From positions 2,112,001 through 2,176,000 of the forward strand of contig CAXXKJ010000002.1 in the NCBI GenBank assembly GCA_963675295.2: a DNA stretch of 64,000 nucleotides, read 5' to 3'. The first letter of the stretch is position 1. Each line of letters begins with the position of its first letter. The notes below the pieces were generated by a model, which saw nothing but the letters and a program-made list of their open reading frames with translations, was not told where the DNA came from and ran no database searches. Made by a program: the position numbers and the translations under genes. Positions 22,249 to 32,423 of this stretch are shown piece after piece. This DNA comes from a bacterium (GTDB taxonomy: Bacteria > Electryoneota > Electryoneia > Electryoneales > Electryoneaceae).

Positions 22249-22686
22249 ATGAGCGAGCGGAAGCAGGCGGTTGATGCCATGCCCGAGGAAGTGATGAATT
22301 TGGTGCGTTCGGCCCGGCGTGCACGCCGGAACGCGGTGGTCCCCTTGACTCACCACGCGTTCGGCGCGGCGTTGGAAGATGACGAAGGCCGGATCTGGCT
22401 CGGTTGCAACATCGAGTCGCAGTTTCCCGGTCACGGGATGACTGCCGAACGTGTAGCGTTGTACGCTGCCCTCGCTCAGGGAGCTCGTGGATTCACCCGG
22501 ATCGCCATCGTCGGTGCGGCGGGCGACATCATGCCGCGGCCGTGCGGTGCCTCGCTGCAGGCGTTGAGCGAACAGGTCCGTGACCTCGACATCATCCTCT
22601 TCAATCCGGACCAGAGTGAGTGGGCGATGTACCGGCTCAGCGAACTGCTGCCGTCGCCGGAATCCCTGTCACAGGTGGACGACTGA
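22249..22686 (+). CDS. cdd: Cytidine deaminase-like protein (Zn ligands degenerate)
   Basis: FGAAL, GCNIE, TAERVAL, PCGASLQAL; adjacent to udk. Confidence 0.75.
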   Translation: MSERKQAVDAMPEEVMNLVRSARRARRNAVVPLTHHAFGAALEDDEGRIWLGCNIESQFPGHGMTAERVALYAALAQGARGFTRIAIVGAAGDIMPRPCGASLQALSEQVRDLDIILFNPDQSEWAMYRLSELLPSPESLSQVDD

Positions 22687-22687
22687 G

Positions 22688-23326
22688 ATGAAACCGATCG
22701 CGCTTGTCGGGATTGCGGGCGGAACCTGCAGCGGCAAAAGCCTCGTCGCCAGACGTCTCACCGAAGAGGTGGGGGAGGAGTTCGTCCTCCGCATCAACCA
22801 GGACAGCTACTACCGCGACCTGCGCGACCTGTCGCTGGAACAGCGTGCGCGAATCAACTTCGACCATCCGGACTCATTCGCGATGGAGGAAATGGTCCAG
22901 GCGGTCGACAAACTGCTCGCCGGCAAGACGATCTACGAACCGGTCTACAACTACGCCGAACATATCCGCGAAGAGGAACCGGTCAAGCGCACGCCGCGTC
23001 CGATCATCATTGTCGAGGGCATTCTCGTGCTCGATGACGCCGAACTACGCAAACGGATGGACTACAAGGTGTTCGTCGATGAGGACGCCGACATCCGTCT
23101 CGCCCGGCGCATCCGGCGGGATGAAGTCGAACGCGGACGCAGCGCGCAGTCGATCCTGCTGCAGTACGAGGAGTCGGTGCGTCCGATGCACCTGCAGTTC
23201 GTGGAATCCAGTAAACGATACGCGGACATCATTGTTCCCGGCGGTGGTGAGAATGCGGCAGCTGTCGAGATGCTCGCCAACCATTTACACGCGCTCGTCG
23301 AGCGCCGCAGCAAGAAAACCAGGTGA
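22688..23326 (+). CDS. udk: Uridine kinase
   Basis: GIAGGTCSGKS, QDSYY, NFDHPDS, IIVEGIL, RRIRRD..ERGR, PMHLQFVE. Confidence 0.95.
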   Translation: MKPIALVGIAGGTCSGKSLVARRLTEEVGEEFVLRINQDSYYRDLRDLSLEQRARINFDHPDSFAMEEMVQAVDKLLAGKTIYEPVYNYAEHIREEEPVKRTPRPIIIVEGILVLDDAELRKRMDYKVFVDEDADIRLARRIRRDEVERGRSAQSILLQYEESVRPMHLQFVESSKRYADIIVPGGGENAAAVEMLANHLHALVERRSKKTR

Positions 23327-23940
23327 ACGACACCATGCTGAATGTGGTCCCGAAGGGTACGGGCTGGCTGGAAGTGATCTGTGGCTGCATGTTTTCCGGG
23401 AAGACGGAAGAGTTGATCCGTCGTCTCCGGCGTGCCCGAATCGCGAGATTGGATGTCGTCATCTTCAAACCGGGCATTGACGAACGCTACGAAGTGGACG
23501 ATATCGTCAGCCACAGCGAACAGCGGTTGGAATCGATCCGGGTCGAGTCCGCGCGGGAGATCGAGGAACGGGCGGGAAACGCGCAGGTTGTCGGCATCGA
23601 CGAAGCCCAGTTTATCAGCGGCGATCTGGTTGGTGTCGTGAGACGGCTGGCCAACCGTGGCAAACGGGTCATCATTTCCGGTCTCGATACCGACTATCGC
23701 GGCGTACCGTTCGAACCGATGCCGGCGTTGATCTGCGAGGCGGAAGTAGTGACCAAGCTGCTCGCGGTCTGCCACCGTTGCGGCGCACCGGCACATCGCA
23801 CGCAGCGTATCCGTGGCGGACGCGACCGTGTCCAGGTCGGTGGCCAGGGCGAGTACGAAGCCCGCTGCCGAACCTGTTTCGAGCCACCCGATGACAGCGG
23901 TGAACTCGTCGGCCAGGGCCGGTTGTTCAATGGTGATTGA
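23323..23940 (+). CDS. tdk: Thymidine kinase
   Basis: GCMFSGKTEELIRR, IDEAQF, GLDTDYRGVPF, CHRC...YEARCRTC. Confidence 0.96.
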   Translation: MNDTMLNVVPKGTGWLEVICGCMFSGKTEELIRRLRRARIARLDVVIFKPGIDERYEVDDIVSHSEQRLESIRVESAREIEERAGNAQVVGIDEAQFISGDLVGVVRRLANRGKRVIISGLDTDYRGVPFEPMPALICEAEVVTKLLAVCHRCGAPAHRTQRIRGGRDRVQVGGQGEYEARCRTCFEPPDDSGELVGQGRLFNGD

Positions 23941-24049
23941 TGGTGCTGTGAAGTCAGGGGTGTCATCCTGAACGAAGTGAAGGATATGATGTGGCGTTGT
24001 GACCGAAGGTGGTGAACGGGCAATGGTATTCGGTTGGTGGTTGAAGCAG

Positions 24050-24238
24050 TGCAGTGGTCAGTGATCAGTAGTCAGTGCTCAGAAGTCAGTGGTCAGTTGT
24101 CAGCACTCAGTTGTCAGTAACTCACAACTCATCACTCACCACTCACGACCGCTGATTACCGACCACCGACCACCGACCACCGAGTACCTATAACCGGCCA
24201 TCCGCCACCGAGAGACGAAAGACCAGAGACGAGAGACG
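24050..24238. repeat. Compound heptamer arrays (CAGTGGT-like, then CACTCAC/CGACCAC, then CGAGAGA)
   Basis: Read directly in the tdk-nupC intergenic region. Confidence 0.8.
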
Positions 24239-24265
24239 GCAAACCTGCGGTTTGCCAAACCGGGA

Positions 24266-25567
24266 GTGCACGTGGAACGATTTATCGGCGTGCTTGGCGT
24301 TTTTGTCCTGATGGGGATTGCGTGGCTGTTGTCGACCAACCGTCGCGCGATCAACTGGCGTACCGTCGGCGTGGGTGTAGCCTTGCAGGTGGCGTTCGCG
24401 CTGCTGATCCTGCGCACCACCCCGGGCAAGGTGGTCTTTGAGGCGGCTCGGAGCTTCATTTCCAACATCCTCAGCTACACCGACCAGGGCGCCTATTTCA
24501 TTTTCGGCAACCTCTATCTCACCGGTGGCAACATCGCTTCGAACATCCCCGGCGCGATGCTCGACCAGGGCTTCTCGGTGCTCGATCCCCGCAGCGGCCA
24601 GATGGTCGAAATCGGGACGGTATTCGCGTTTCACGTCCTGCCGACCATCATCTTCTTCGCCTCGTTGATGGCCCTGCTGTATCACCTCGGTATCATGCAG
24701 CAGATCGTGCGCGTCTTCGCGTGGGTGATGAAGCGGACGATGAAGACCAGCGGCTCGGAATCCTTGTCGGCGGCGTCCAACATTTTCGTCGGTCAGACCG
24801 AGGCGCCGTTTGTCGTCAAGCCGTTCCTCGCGAGGATGACCAACAGCGAGATCATGGCGGTGATGACCGCCGGGTTCGCGACCGTCGCCGGCGGTGTGTT
24901 GGCGGCCTATGTTCGCTTCGGAATTGACGCCGGCCACTTGATGGCGGCCTCGTTGATGAGTGCGCCTGCTGCGCTGGTGATGGCGAAGATCATGGTCCCC
25001 GAAGTCGAGACCAGCGAAACCGCCGACTCGATGAAGATGCACGTTGAAAAGACATACAGCAATCCGATCGACGCTGCGGCGGGGGGTGCGTCCGACGGCC
25101 TCAAGCTGGCGGTCAATGTCGCCGCGATGCTGATCGCGTTCATCGCGTTGGTGGCGATGATCAACGGTCTGCTTGGCTGGGTCGGCAGCCTCTTCGGCGT
25201 CGAGAACCTGACGCTACGCCTGATCCTCGGCTACATGTTCAGCCCGCTGGCGTTCGTCATGGGTGTCGACTGGGCGGACGCGCTGGACGTCGGCTCGTTA
25301 CTCGGCGCGAAGATCACCATCAACGAGTTCCTCGCGTTCATCGACCTCGGCGCGTTGCACGGCCAGATCAGCGACCGCAGCTACATCATCGCAACGTACG
25401 CGTTGACCGGATTCGCGAACTTCTCATCGATCGCGATCCAGATCGGCGGGATCGCCACTCTGGTCCCGGAACGCCGCAAGGATCTCGCTCGCTACGGCTT
25501 GCGCGCGATGATCGCCGGTGCCCTTGCGAGCTGGCAGACTGCCGCAATCGCGGGGATTTTGTTGTAA
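24266..25567 (+). CDS. nupC: NupC/CNT family nucleoside transporter
   Basis: FAFHVLPTIIFFASL, NIFVGQTEAP, GFATVAGG, MSAPAAL, GFANFSSIAIQIGG. Confidence 0.95.
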   Translation: MHVERFIGVLGVFVLMGIAWLLSTNRRAINWRTVGVGVALQVAFALLILRTTPGKVVFEAARSFISNILSYTDQGAYFIFGNLYLTGGNIASNIPGAMLDQGFSVLDPRSGQMVEIGTVFAFHVLPTIIFFASLMALLYHLGIMQQIVRVFAWVMKRTMKTSGSESLSAASNIFVGQTEAPFVVKPFLARMTNSEIMAVMTAGFATVAGGVLAAYVRFGIDAGHLMAASLMSAPAALVMAKIMVPEVETSETADSMKMHVEKTYSNPIDAAAGGASDGLKLAVNVAAMLIAFIALVAMINGLLGWVGSLFGVENLTLRLILGYMFSPLAFVMGVDWADALDVGSLLGAKITINEFLAFIDLGALHGQISDRSYIIATYALTGFANFSSIAIQIGGIATLVPERRKDLARYGLRAMIAGALASWQTAAIAGILL

Positions 25568-25641
25568 GGCATGAAAGAGGTATAATCCAAACGAGGTGTC
25601 ACTCCGAATGCAGTGAAGGACTCTTCGTTATCAGCAATCTC

Positions 25642-25672
25642 AACCCGGCAACCTGATCGTTGCCGGGTTTTT
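25642..25672 (+). terminator. Rho-independent terminator after nupC
   Basis: AACCCGGCAAC-loop-GTTGCCGGGTT followed by Ts. Confidence 0.75.
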
Positions 25673-25773
25673 CCATTCGGATCGCCGAACTCCGTGCATG
25701 TACCCGTTTTCACCGTTAGCTTTCCGCCACGGGGTTGAATCCCGGGGGGCGGTTTTTTGAGGAGGACGGGACG

Positions 25774-27675
25774 ATGCGTGGATGGATCATGGTGTTGTGC
25801 CTGTTGCTGGCAGCTGTGGCGCAGGCTGGGAATGTGACGGTATCTGAGGCAGTGCGTGTCGCGGAAAACACACTCGCCGTCAAGGCGATACAGGGCGAGT
25901 GGGATGGTGCAACCGCGCCAAGTGCGACCTTGATCCGGACGTTGAACTGGGAAGGCGAACCCACCGCCTACTACTTCGAGGTTGAGCCCACAGGTTGTCT
26001 GCTGGTATCCGCGTACCGCGAGATGCCACCGCTGCGGGCGTATTCGTCCACCTCACGGCTGACCTACGACACCCCGGAATCCGCCGGGACGATGTTCGCT
26101 GAAATGCTTGCACAGAAGGCCAAGTGGCTCGAGCTGAATCCGTCCCACCCGGAGCTGGCTGAGCGATTCGCAGACCAGTGGACCGCCTACACCGCGCCGA
26201 CGCTTGACCAGTGCCTCGCCCTGCTCAACGCCAACCAGCTCGATGAGTACACGCCCGGCACCGTCCTGCTGCCGTCGATCTGGCATCAGGAAGCGCCATA
26301 CAACAACTTCTGCCCGATTGAGGACACGGAAAACTGCAAGGTCGGCTGTGTCGCCACCGCGACGGCGCAGATCATGTACTACTGGCGCTGGCCGTTGGCC
26401 GGGACCGGATCGCACTCATACTCGTGGAACAGCCAGGTGATCACCGCGAATTTCAGCGACCCGTACGACTGGGACAACATTCTCCCTGAATACGGGCAGC
26501 CGTGGCAACATACCACAGCTGAACTGAACGCCGTCGCCGAACTGAACTTCGAGGTCGGCGTCGCCTACGAGATGAACTACGGTGTCGACGGGTCCGGCGC
26601 ATACACCGACGACGCCATCGACATCCTGCCGCAATACTTCAACTATCTCGACACGATCTACGAGCTGAACCGTGCCGATTATCCCGATGACCAGGCGTGG
26701 TTCGACATTCTGTGTACCGAGATCGACGAGGAACGTCCAATCCTCTACACCATCCGCAACGCCGACTGGGGCCATGCGATCGTAATCGACGGCTGGCGGA
26801 TCGATAATCAGGTCAACGAGATCCACGTTAATTACGGCGGCTGGGTTGACATCTTCCTCGGTTGGTATGGCATGGACGGCATCCCGTTCGCCGACTGGCC
26901 AACCTCCGAATCGGCGTATCTCGGCATCGAGCCGGACGGCGACACGCCACCCCCGCCACCGGTCGCGGTGACGCTGACTCCGTCCGAGTACCCGATCATT
27001 TTCGTCAACCAGGGGGAGGCGTTCAGCTACGATGTCACATTATCCACCTCGTTGACTCAACCCCAGTACGGCTTTGTCTGGGCAGAAACGTTGCTGCCGA
27101 ACGGCTCATGGTACGGGCCGGTTTATCGCGCACGGATGCTGTTTGTGCCGGGCATGGCGATCACGGTGCAGGATGTCGCGCAACTGGTGCCCTCGGACGC
27201 GCCGCTCGGGTATTACCAGTGGTGGGTGCACGTTGGGCCGAACACGAACACGCCGCTCTCGTCCGACTTCTTCGCGTTTACCGTGCTCAGCGGATCGGCT
27301 GACGGCGCGACGGAGTGGGCCTCATCCGGCCACGAACGGTTGAGCGACGCGCAGAGTAGCGAGTCCCTGCTATTCGCTGAAACAAGCGGTCAACATGTCG
27401 CAATTCCAGACCAGTTTACCGTCAACGATGTCTATCCGAACCCATTCAACGCGACCGCCACGATCCGTTTTAGTCTGCCGCTCGCGTCCACGGTTCAGGT
27501 CTCGGTGTACAACACGCTCGGCCAACGGGTGCATCTGCTCGCGAATGAACACTACCAACCCGGTGCACATCACCTGACGCTGGATGCATCTACATGGTCC
27601 AGCGGGATCTACTTCGTCGAAACGTGCGTCGCCGGCCAGCAACGCGACCTGCAGAAGATCGTTCTGATACGCTGA
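25774..27675 (+). CDS. Secreted C10 (streptopain-like) cysteine peptidase with Ig-like domain and T9SS-type C-terminal sorting domain
   Basis: Signal peptide, WHQEAPYN, GCVATATAQIM (catalytic Cys), GHAIVIDG (His), YPNPFNA...GIYFV...KIVLIR. Confidence 0.92.
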   Translation: MRGWIMVLCLLLAAVAQAGNVTVSEAVRVAENTLAVKAIQGEWDGATAPSATLIRTLNWEGEPTAYYFEVEPTGCLLVSAYREMPPLRAYSSTSRLTYDTPESAGTMFAEMLAQKAKWLELNPSHPELAERFADQWTAYTAPTLDQCLALLNANQLDEYTPGTVLLPSIWHQEAPYNNFCPIEDTENCKVGCVATATAQIMYYWRWPLAGTGSHSYSWNSQVITANFSDPYDWDNILPEYGQPWQHTTAELNAVAELNFEVGVAYEMNYGVDGSGAYTDDAIDILPQYFNYLDTIYELNRADYPDDQAWFDILCTEIDEERPILYTIRNADWGHAIVIDGWRIDNQVNEIHVNYGGWVDIFLGWYGMDGIPFADWPTSESAYLGIEPDGDTPPPPPVAVTLTPSEYPIIFVNQGEAFSYDVTLSTSLTQPQYGFVWAETLLPNGSWYGPVYRARMLFVPGMAITVQDVAQLVPSDAPLGYYQWWVHVGPNTNTPLSSDFFAFTVLSGSADGATEWASSGHERLSDAQSSESLLFAETSGQHVAIPDQFTVNDVYPNPFNATATIRFSLPLASTVQVSVYNTLGQRVHLLANEHYQPGAHHLTLDASTWSSGIYFVETCVAGQQRDLQKIVLIR

Positions 27676-27862
27676 TTGATCAGGATCTTAGATACGGCTG
27701 ATTCATCTGGCCGGCCGGGGTCGTCTTGCGACCCGGGTGTCATCAACCCCAACAACAATGCCCCATCCAAAATTTCTGGATGGGGCATGTTTGCATCTAT
27801 CGTCATCCGGACGGCGGGCAATGGAGGTCAAGTGGATCGCCGTCCGGTCCGTGGGTAGTGCC

Positions 27863-28072
27863 GGGGGCACAGTGTGGCAACTGTGCCCCCGTGGTACGGC
27901 AGACTGATCGTCGGGGGGGAGGCCGACGGTCAGGGGATTGGGACTTTCTTTGCCTGGGGACACTTTGTCCCTAAAGTGTCCCCAGGTATGTCTTTCACAG
28001 GGACACGTAGCGGAGTACGTGTCCCCTCACAGGCTTGTCTATCCGGGGACACTGACCGGAATCAGTATCCCC
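27863..28072. repeat. Array of four 28-nt hairpins GGGRCAC-NNN-loop6-NNN-GTGYCCC
   Basis: Hairpins at 27863, 27956, 27999, 28045; a related one at 14821. Confidence 0.8.
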
Positions 28073-28111
28073 GGGTCTTCAGGGAAGGGTAAATCAGCTC
28101 AGGGTCGTGCC

Positions 28112-28552
28112 TCAGGCTTCGACCGCGTCGATCTGGATCTTGCGCGGCTTAGCTTCCTCGACCTTCGGGAGACGAATGGTGAGGACGCCGTTGTCGAACG
28201 CCGCGTGGATCGAATCGTGCTTGATGTTGTCGCGCACGGTGAAGCGGCGCACGAACTTGCCGTAGGCGCGTTCGCTGCTGACGCAACATTCGCCTTCCTT
28301 GCTCTCCGGGGCCGGACGTTCACCGCTCAGGGTGAGTACGCCGTCCTCGAGCGTGATGTCGATGCTGTCCTTGCTCACGCCGGGCAGGTCGGCGAGCACG
28401 CGGTAATCGTGTTCATCCTCGATGATGTCGACGCGCGGACTCCAGACACGGTTGACGACCTCTTCGTCGTTCCGGACTTCGTTGATCAGGTTCATCCAAC
28501 GGGCCATTTCACGGTTCGGGGCCCACATCTGACGGTTGTGCTGGCGATGCAT
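28112..28552 (-). CDS. Hsp20/alpha-crystallin small heat shock protein
   Basis: WSPRVDI.E, ADLPGV, LTLSGER, ERAYGKFVRRF, NGVLTIRLPK. Confidence 0.95.
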   Translation of the reverse strand: MHRQHNRQMWAPNREMARWMNLINEVRNDEEVVNRVWSPRVDIIEDEHDYRVLADLPGVSKDSIDITLEDGVLTLSGERPAPESKEGECCVSSERAYGKFVRRFTVRDNIKHDSIHAAFDNGVLTIRLPKVEEAKPRKIQIDAVEA

Positions 28553-28612
28553 GGGTGGTTCCTTTCGTATGATCAGCTTGAAAATGTGTTTTCGCTACTC
28601 GTCAGAAATGGA

Positions 28613-28628
28613 AGCAACCGCCGTGCCA
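28613..28628 (-). promoter_or_regulatory. Sigma54 (-24/-12) promoter upstream of hsp20
   Basis: Minus strand TGGCACGGCGGTTGCT fits TGGCAC-N5-TTGCW, about 60 nt upstream of the ATG. Confidence 0.75.
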
Positions 28629-28885
28629 TTTTTGTGCTCTCCCTCGGATTCGTAGACTATTTCATCGGATGCGGTTTCGCTTGATAGTTGCTGTCAGTAC
28701 CTTGGCATACGTGTTGGCAGGGAAATGCCGGAGTGGCAGAGGGGTGTCTGCAACATCGGCAGGCTTCCTCCGGAAGGCGGCAGAGTGGAGCGGCGAGAGC
28801 CGGTTCGGTGGGAACGCGGCGTTTTTTTCCGCGTGTACGAGCCGACGCAACCGAACCATATCCAGTTCGACAGGAGAAAAAAACC

Positions 28886-30346
28886 ATGAAATCGAGGCAA
28901 TGGGGATTGGGCATTGCGGGAACGTTGATCATTGCGATCACTGTCGGTTTGTTCGCTTTGCCGCATCCTGCGCGCACCCAGGACGTCAACCTGCAGGATT
29001 CACGCTATGTCACCTCGACGTTTGAGAGTCCGTTTGTCGCAGTCGCGGACCGGCTGAAGCCGAGTGTGGTCTTTATCAGCGCTGTACGTGAACGAGAGAT
29101 CCAGCTACCGTTTATCTTTGAGAACCATCCCTTCTTTCGTGACATGATTCCGGATCAGGGAGACGAGCCGCGCGTACAGAAGATCCCGTCCAGCGGTTCC
29201 GGCTTCATCATTGACGCCGAAGGCTACGTGCTGACAAACAACCACGTGGTGCAGGACGCGAAGGAAATCAAGGTCAAGTTGGCGGAAGGGGAAGAGCTGG
29301 ACGCTGAGGTGATCGGCACCGACCCGGAAACCGACCTCGCGCTGCTCAAGATCGACCCGGTCGATCCGGACCATGTCGCGCAGCTTGGTGACAGTGACGA
29401 TATCCGCATCGGCGACTGGGCGATCGCGATGGGCAACCCGCTCGGGTTGGACTGGACGCTTACGGTCGGCGTGATCAGTGCCAAGGGCCGCAGCAACCTG
29501 AATATCTCCGGCGGTGGTCCGATCTTCCAGGATTTCATCCAGACCGACGCTTCGATTAACTTCGGCAACTCCGGCGGTCCGCTGACCAACATTCACGGCG
29601 AAGTCATCGGCATTAATGCGGCGGTGAACGCCTCCGCGGATGGTATCGGCTTCGCAATCCCGATCAACCTCGCGAAGGAAGTCGTCGCGCAGCTCAAGGA
29701 CAGTGGACGCATCAGCCGTGGCTACCTCGGCATGATGCCGCGTCAACTGACCGGACTGCTTCGTGAAGCGCTTGAAGTGGAAGAAGGCGTGGACGGTGTC
29801 TTTGTCGAGTCAGTCGAATTGAACACCCCGGCGGCGGAAGGTGGTTTGCAGGAATCGGACATCATCATTGAGGTTGATGGCCGTCCGGTGGATGATGTCA
29901 ACGACTTCCGTTTCCGCATCGCGCGTCACGCTCCGGGCGAACGCCTCGACCTCAAGGTGTTGCGCGAAGGCCGCGAGAAGGATCTCAGCTTCACCCTTGG
30001 CGACCGTGCGGAATTCCTCGAGGTCGCCCAGACTCCGGCGGAGCAGGAAAGCCGCAGCTGGATGGGGCTGAATGTGGACAACCTGAACACGAATCGCTTA
30101 CGCCGTGGTGCGGAGCTGCAGGTCAGCTCGGGTGTGATCGTGATCAGTGTCGACAACGACAGCCCGGCGCAAGGTGTCTTGAGCCCCGGCGATGTGATTG
30201 TCGGTGTTGACCAGCAGGAGATCAAGAATCTCGGCGACTGGCGGGACGTAACCAGCAACCTCAAGGATGTCGACAAGGCGATTCTTGTCAAGTATCATCC
30301 GCAGGGCCAGGCAACGACTCGGTTCACGGCTCTGAAGAAAGACTAG
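28886..30346 (+). CDS. degP: DegP/HtrA serine protease with two PDZ domains
   Basis: SGSGFII, LTNNHVV, DLALLK, QTDASINFGNSGGPL; AGGAG before ATG 28886. Confidence 0.93.
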   Translation: MKSRQWGLGIAGTLIIAITVGLFALPHPARTQDVNLQDSRYVTSTFESPFVAVADRLKPSVVFISAVREREIQLPFIFENHPFFRDMIPDQGDEPRVQKIPSSGSGFIIDAEGYVLTNNHVVQDAKEIKVKLAEGEELDAEVIGTDPETDLALLKIDPVDPDHVAQLGDSDDIRIGDWAIAMGNPLGLDWTLTVGVISAKGRSNLNISGGGPIFQDFIQTDASINFGNSGGPLTNIHGEVIGINAAVNASADGIGFAIPINLAKEVVAQLKDSGRISRGYLGMMPRQLTGLLREALEVEEGVDGVFVESVELNTPAAEGGLQESDIIIEVDGRPVDDVNDFRFRIARHAPGERLDLKVLREGREKDLSFTLGDRAEFLEVAQTPAEQESRSWMGLNVDNLNTNRLRRGAELQVSSGVIVISVDNDSPAQGVLSPGDVIVGVDQQEIKNLGDWRDVTSNLKDVDKAILVKYHPQGQATTRFTALKKD

Positions 30347-30549
30347 CTGGTTGATCTGAGCAGGATTCGACCACAATTTATTGCTGAGCGACGCCGCTGG
30401 TGAAAATCCGGCGGCGTTTTTGGCGTTTGCAATGCGAAGTGGCTCAAGAGGTCAGATTGCACCGGAAGCTTGCTGAAATTGCAGGAATTGCTTGCGTGCT
30501 GGAAGGGCCTGCGGTAAGTTTCAATCCACTTTGTACCTGCTTGCACAAC

Positions 30550-31563
30550 ATGAGGATTTACGTCTCAGTGGATTCCCTCCATACACACATTGTCGAATCG
30601 CAGTCGCATGATCCGTGGCACAATCTCGCGCTGGAGGAAGCGCTGTTGGAGGATGTGTCGCCGAACGAGATCATCCTGTACCTGTGGCAGAACCAGAATA
30701 CGGTTGTCATCGGCCGCAACCAGAATGCATGGCGTGAGTGCCGTTGGAAGGAACTGGAAGAGGGCGGCGGAAAACTCGCACGCCGGCTCAGCGGCGGCGG
30801 GGCGGTGTACCATGATCTCGGTAACCTCAACTTCACGTTCGTAATGGACAAGAAGCTGAAGGACCTGCACCGTCAGCTGAAGGTGCTGCTCAACGCCGCG
30901 AAAGCATTGGGCGTGGAGGCTGAATTCTCCGGCCGGAACGACATCGTCGCGGACGGCCGCAAGTTCTCCGGCAATGCGTTCCACACTCGCGACAACGCCT
31001 ATTACCATCACGGCACCATCCTCGTCGATGTGGATTTCGCCAAATTGGCGCAGATCCTGACCGTCGATGATTCCAAGATGAAGTCGAAGGGTGTCACCTC
31101 GGTGAAGTCGCGCGTCGTCAACCTGAAGGAGCTCAGTGATCAGGTGACGATTGACGCGTTCAAGCAGGAGCTGCGCAAGGCGTTCTGTGCCGAATACGGC
31201 GGCAGTTGTGACGAGCTGAAGCCGGCGGATGTGACCGCTGATTTATCCGTGCTGTACGACAAATACGCGTCTTGGCAGTGGCGGTATGGCCGTACACCGA
31301 ACTTCGACGTGGAGCTGACGACGCGGTTCGACTGGGGAGGGGTCCAGTTCGGCTTCAGCACCGATCAGGGGCAGGTGGAGTCCTGCACGGTGTATTCGGA
31401 CGCCATGGACGCGCGGTTCATCCAGGAAATCTCGGCTCACCTCGAGCAGATACCCTACCGCTACGATGCCATCGCCGCGAAGCTCGATGAGTTGGCGACG
31501 ACGGACGATCGTAAGCCGCTGGTTTCCGATTTGAAGAATTGGTTGCAATCGGAACAGTTGTAA
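30550..31563 (+). CDS. lplA: Lipoate-protein ligase A
   Basis: NLALEE, VVIGRNQNAW.E, RRLSGGGAVYHDLGN, RKFSGNA, HHGT; start uncertain (30550 ATG or 30568 GTG). Confidence 0.93.
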   Translation: MRIYVSVDSLHTHIVESQSHDPWHNLALEEALLEDVSPNEIILYLWQNQNTVVIGRNQNAWRECRWKELEEGGGKLARRLSGGGAVYHDLGNLNFTFVMDKKLKDLHRQLKVLLNAAKALGVEAEFSGRNDIVADGRKFSGNAFHTRDNAYYHHGTILVDVDFAKLAQILTVDDSKMKSKGVTSVKSRVVNLKELSDQVTIDAFKQELRKAFCAEYGGSCDELKPADVTADLSVLYDKYASWQWRYGRTPNFDVELTTRFDWGGVQFGFSTDQGQVESCTVYSDAMDARFIQEISAHLEQIPYRYDAIAAKLDELATTDDRKPLVSDLKNWLQSEQL

Positions 31564-31629
31564 GCGTAGTGCTGGGGGTTCATTCCTGACAGCTCATCAT
31601 TTATCATTCACTCAACACGGTAGTCGCGC

Positions 31630-32268
31630 GTGAAAATCGCCCGTGATGAACGCCGGGTTTTTATCGGCGAACAGTTTGATTGCCGCGCAGCCACGCCTCG
31701 TGGGGCTGTGCGGTTTCGTGTGCAGGTTGATTCGGTTCAGGGGAAAGTGCTGATCGCCAGAACGTCACGGAACATGGCGACAGTGTTGACCCGTGGGCAG
31801 GAAGTCATCGCGGTATTTACCCGACCGGGCAAGGCATTTCGCTTCAAGCCAAAGGTGGGGGAACTCAAAACCTCTGGCGATGCCCTGTTGATCACCTTCA
31901 CCGGTTCGTTCAACGTCGAGCAGTTCGAACGGCGGGAGTACAGGCGCGGCACGGTCAAGGGTACGCTGGTCTTCAGCGCGGACACCTCCGGCAAGCGCAC
32001 CTACAACGGCAAAGTGGCGAACGTGAGCGAGGGCGGCATGATGTTCTCCACCATGTTCGGCGGCATGTTCGGTCCCGGTTCCAAGCCGGTAGGCAAACGG
32101 ATCCAGTTCGATCTGAAGCTGCTCTCGGAAAAATTTCCCGGACTGACCGGAACCGTGAAGCACGCCTGGCCCCATCCAAAGCTGCGGGAAATTGTACTCG
32201 TCAACATTGCATTTGACCACTTATCGCCTGGTACCAGCGGACGTATGATGAGACTATTGAAGCGGTAA
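31630..32268 (+). CDS. PilZ domain (YcgR-like) c-di-GMP receptor
   Basis: ERREYRR (RxxxR) and NVSEGG ([D/N]xSxxG). Confidence 0.8.
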   Translation: MKIARDERRVFIGEQFDCRAATPRGAVRFRVQVDSVQGKVLIARTSRNMATVLTRGQEVIAVFTRPGKAFRFKPKVGELKTSGDALLITFTGSFNVEQFERREYRRGTVKGTLVFSADTSGKRTYNGKVANVSEGGMMFSTMFGGMFGPGSKPVGKRIQFDLKLLSEKFPGLTGTVKHAWPHPKLREIVLVNIAFDHLSPGTSGRMMRLLKR

Positions 32269-32423
32269 CGAGATTTACCTCAAGTAGTGCTCACAGGCGT
32301 AGTACCTCTCAGTGTCTGCCTCGTTGACGGATTCGACATGATCCCGGGAGAACCGGGACATCTCGAATCCGTCCTGTTTCTGCGCTATCATTAGAACGAA
32401 TCCACCAACGCGCGGAACTCACC

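Noticed and set aside
27863-28072. Possible CRISPR mini-array
   Set aside because: Repeats vary internally, linkers are only 15-18 nt or irregular, and no cas genes are present
28702-28718. Sigma54 promoter for degP (TGGCATACGTGTTGGCA)
   Set aside because: GG-to-GC spacing is 11 rather than the required 10
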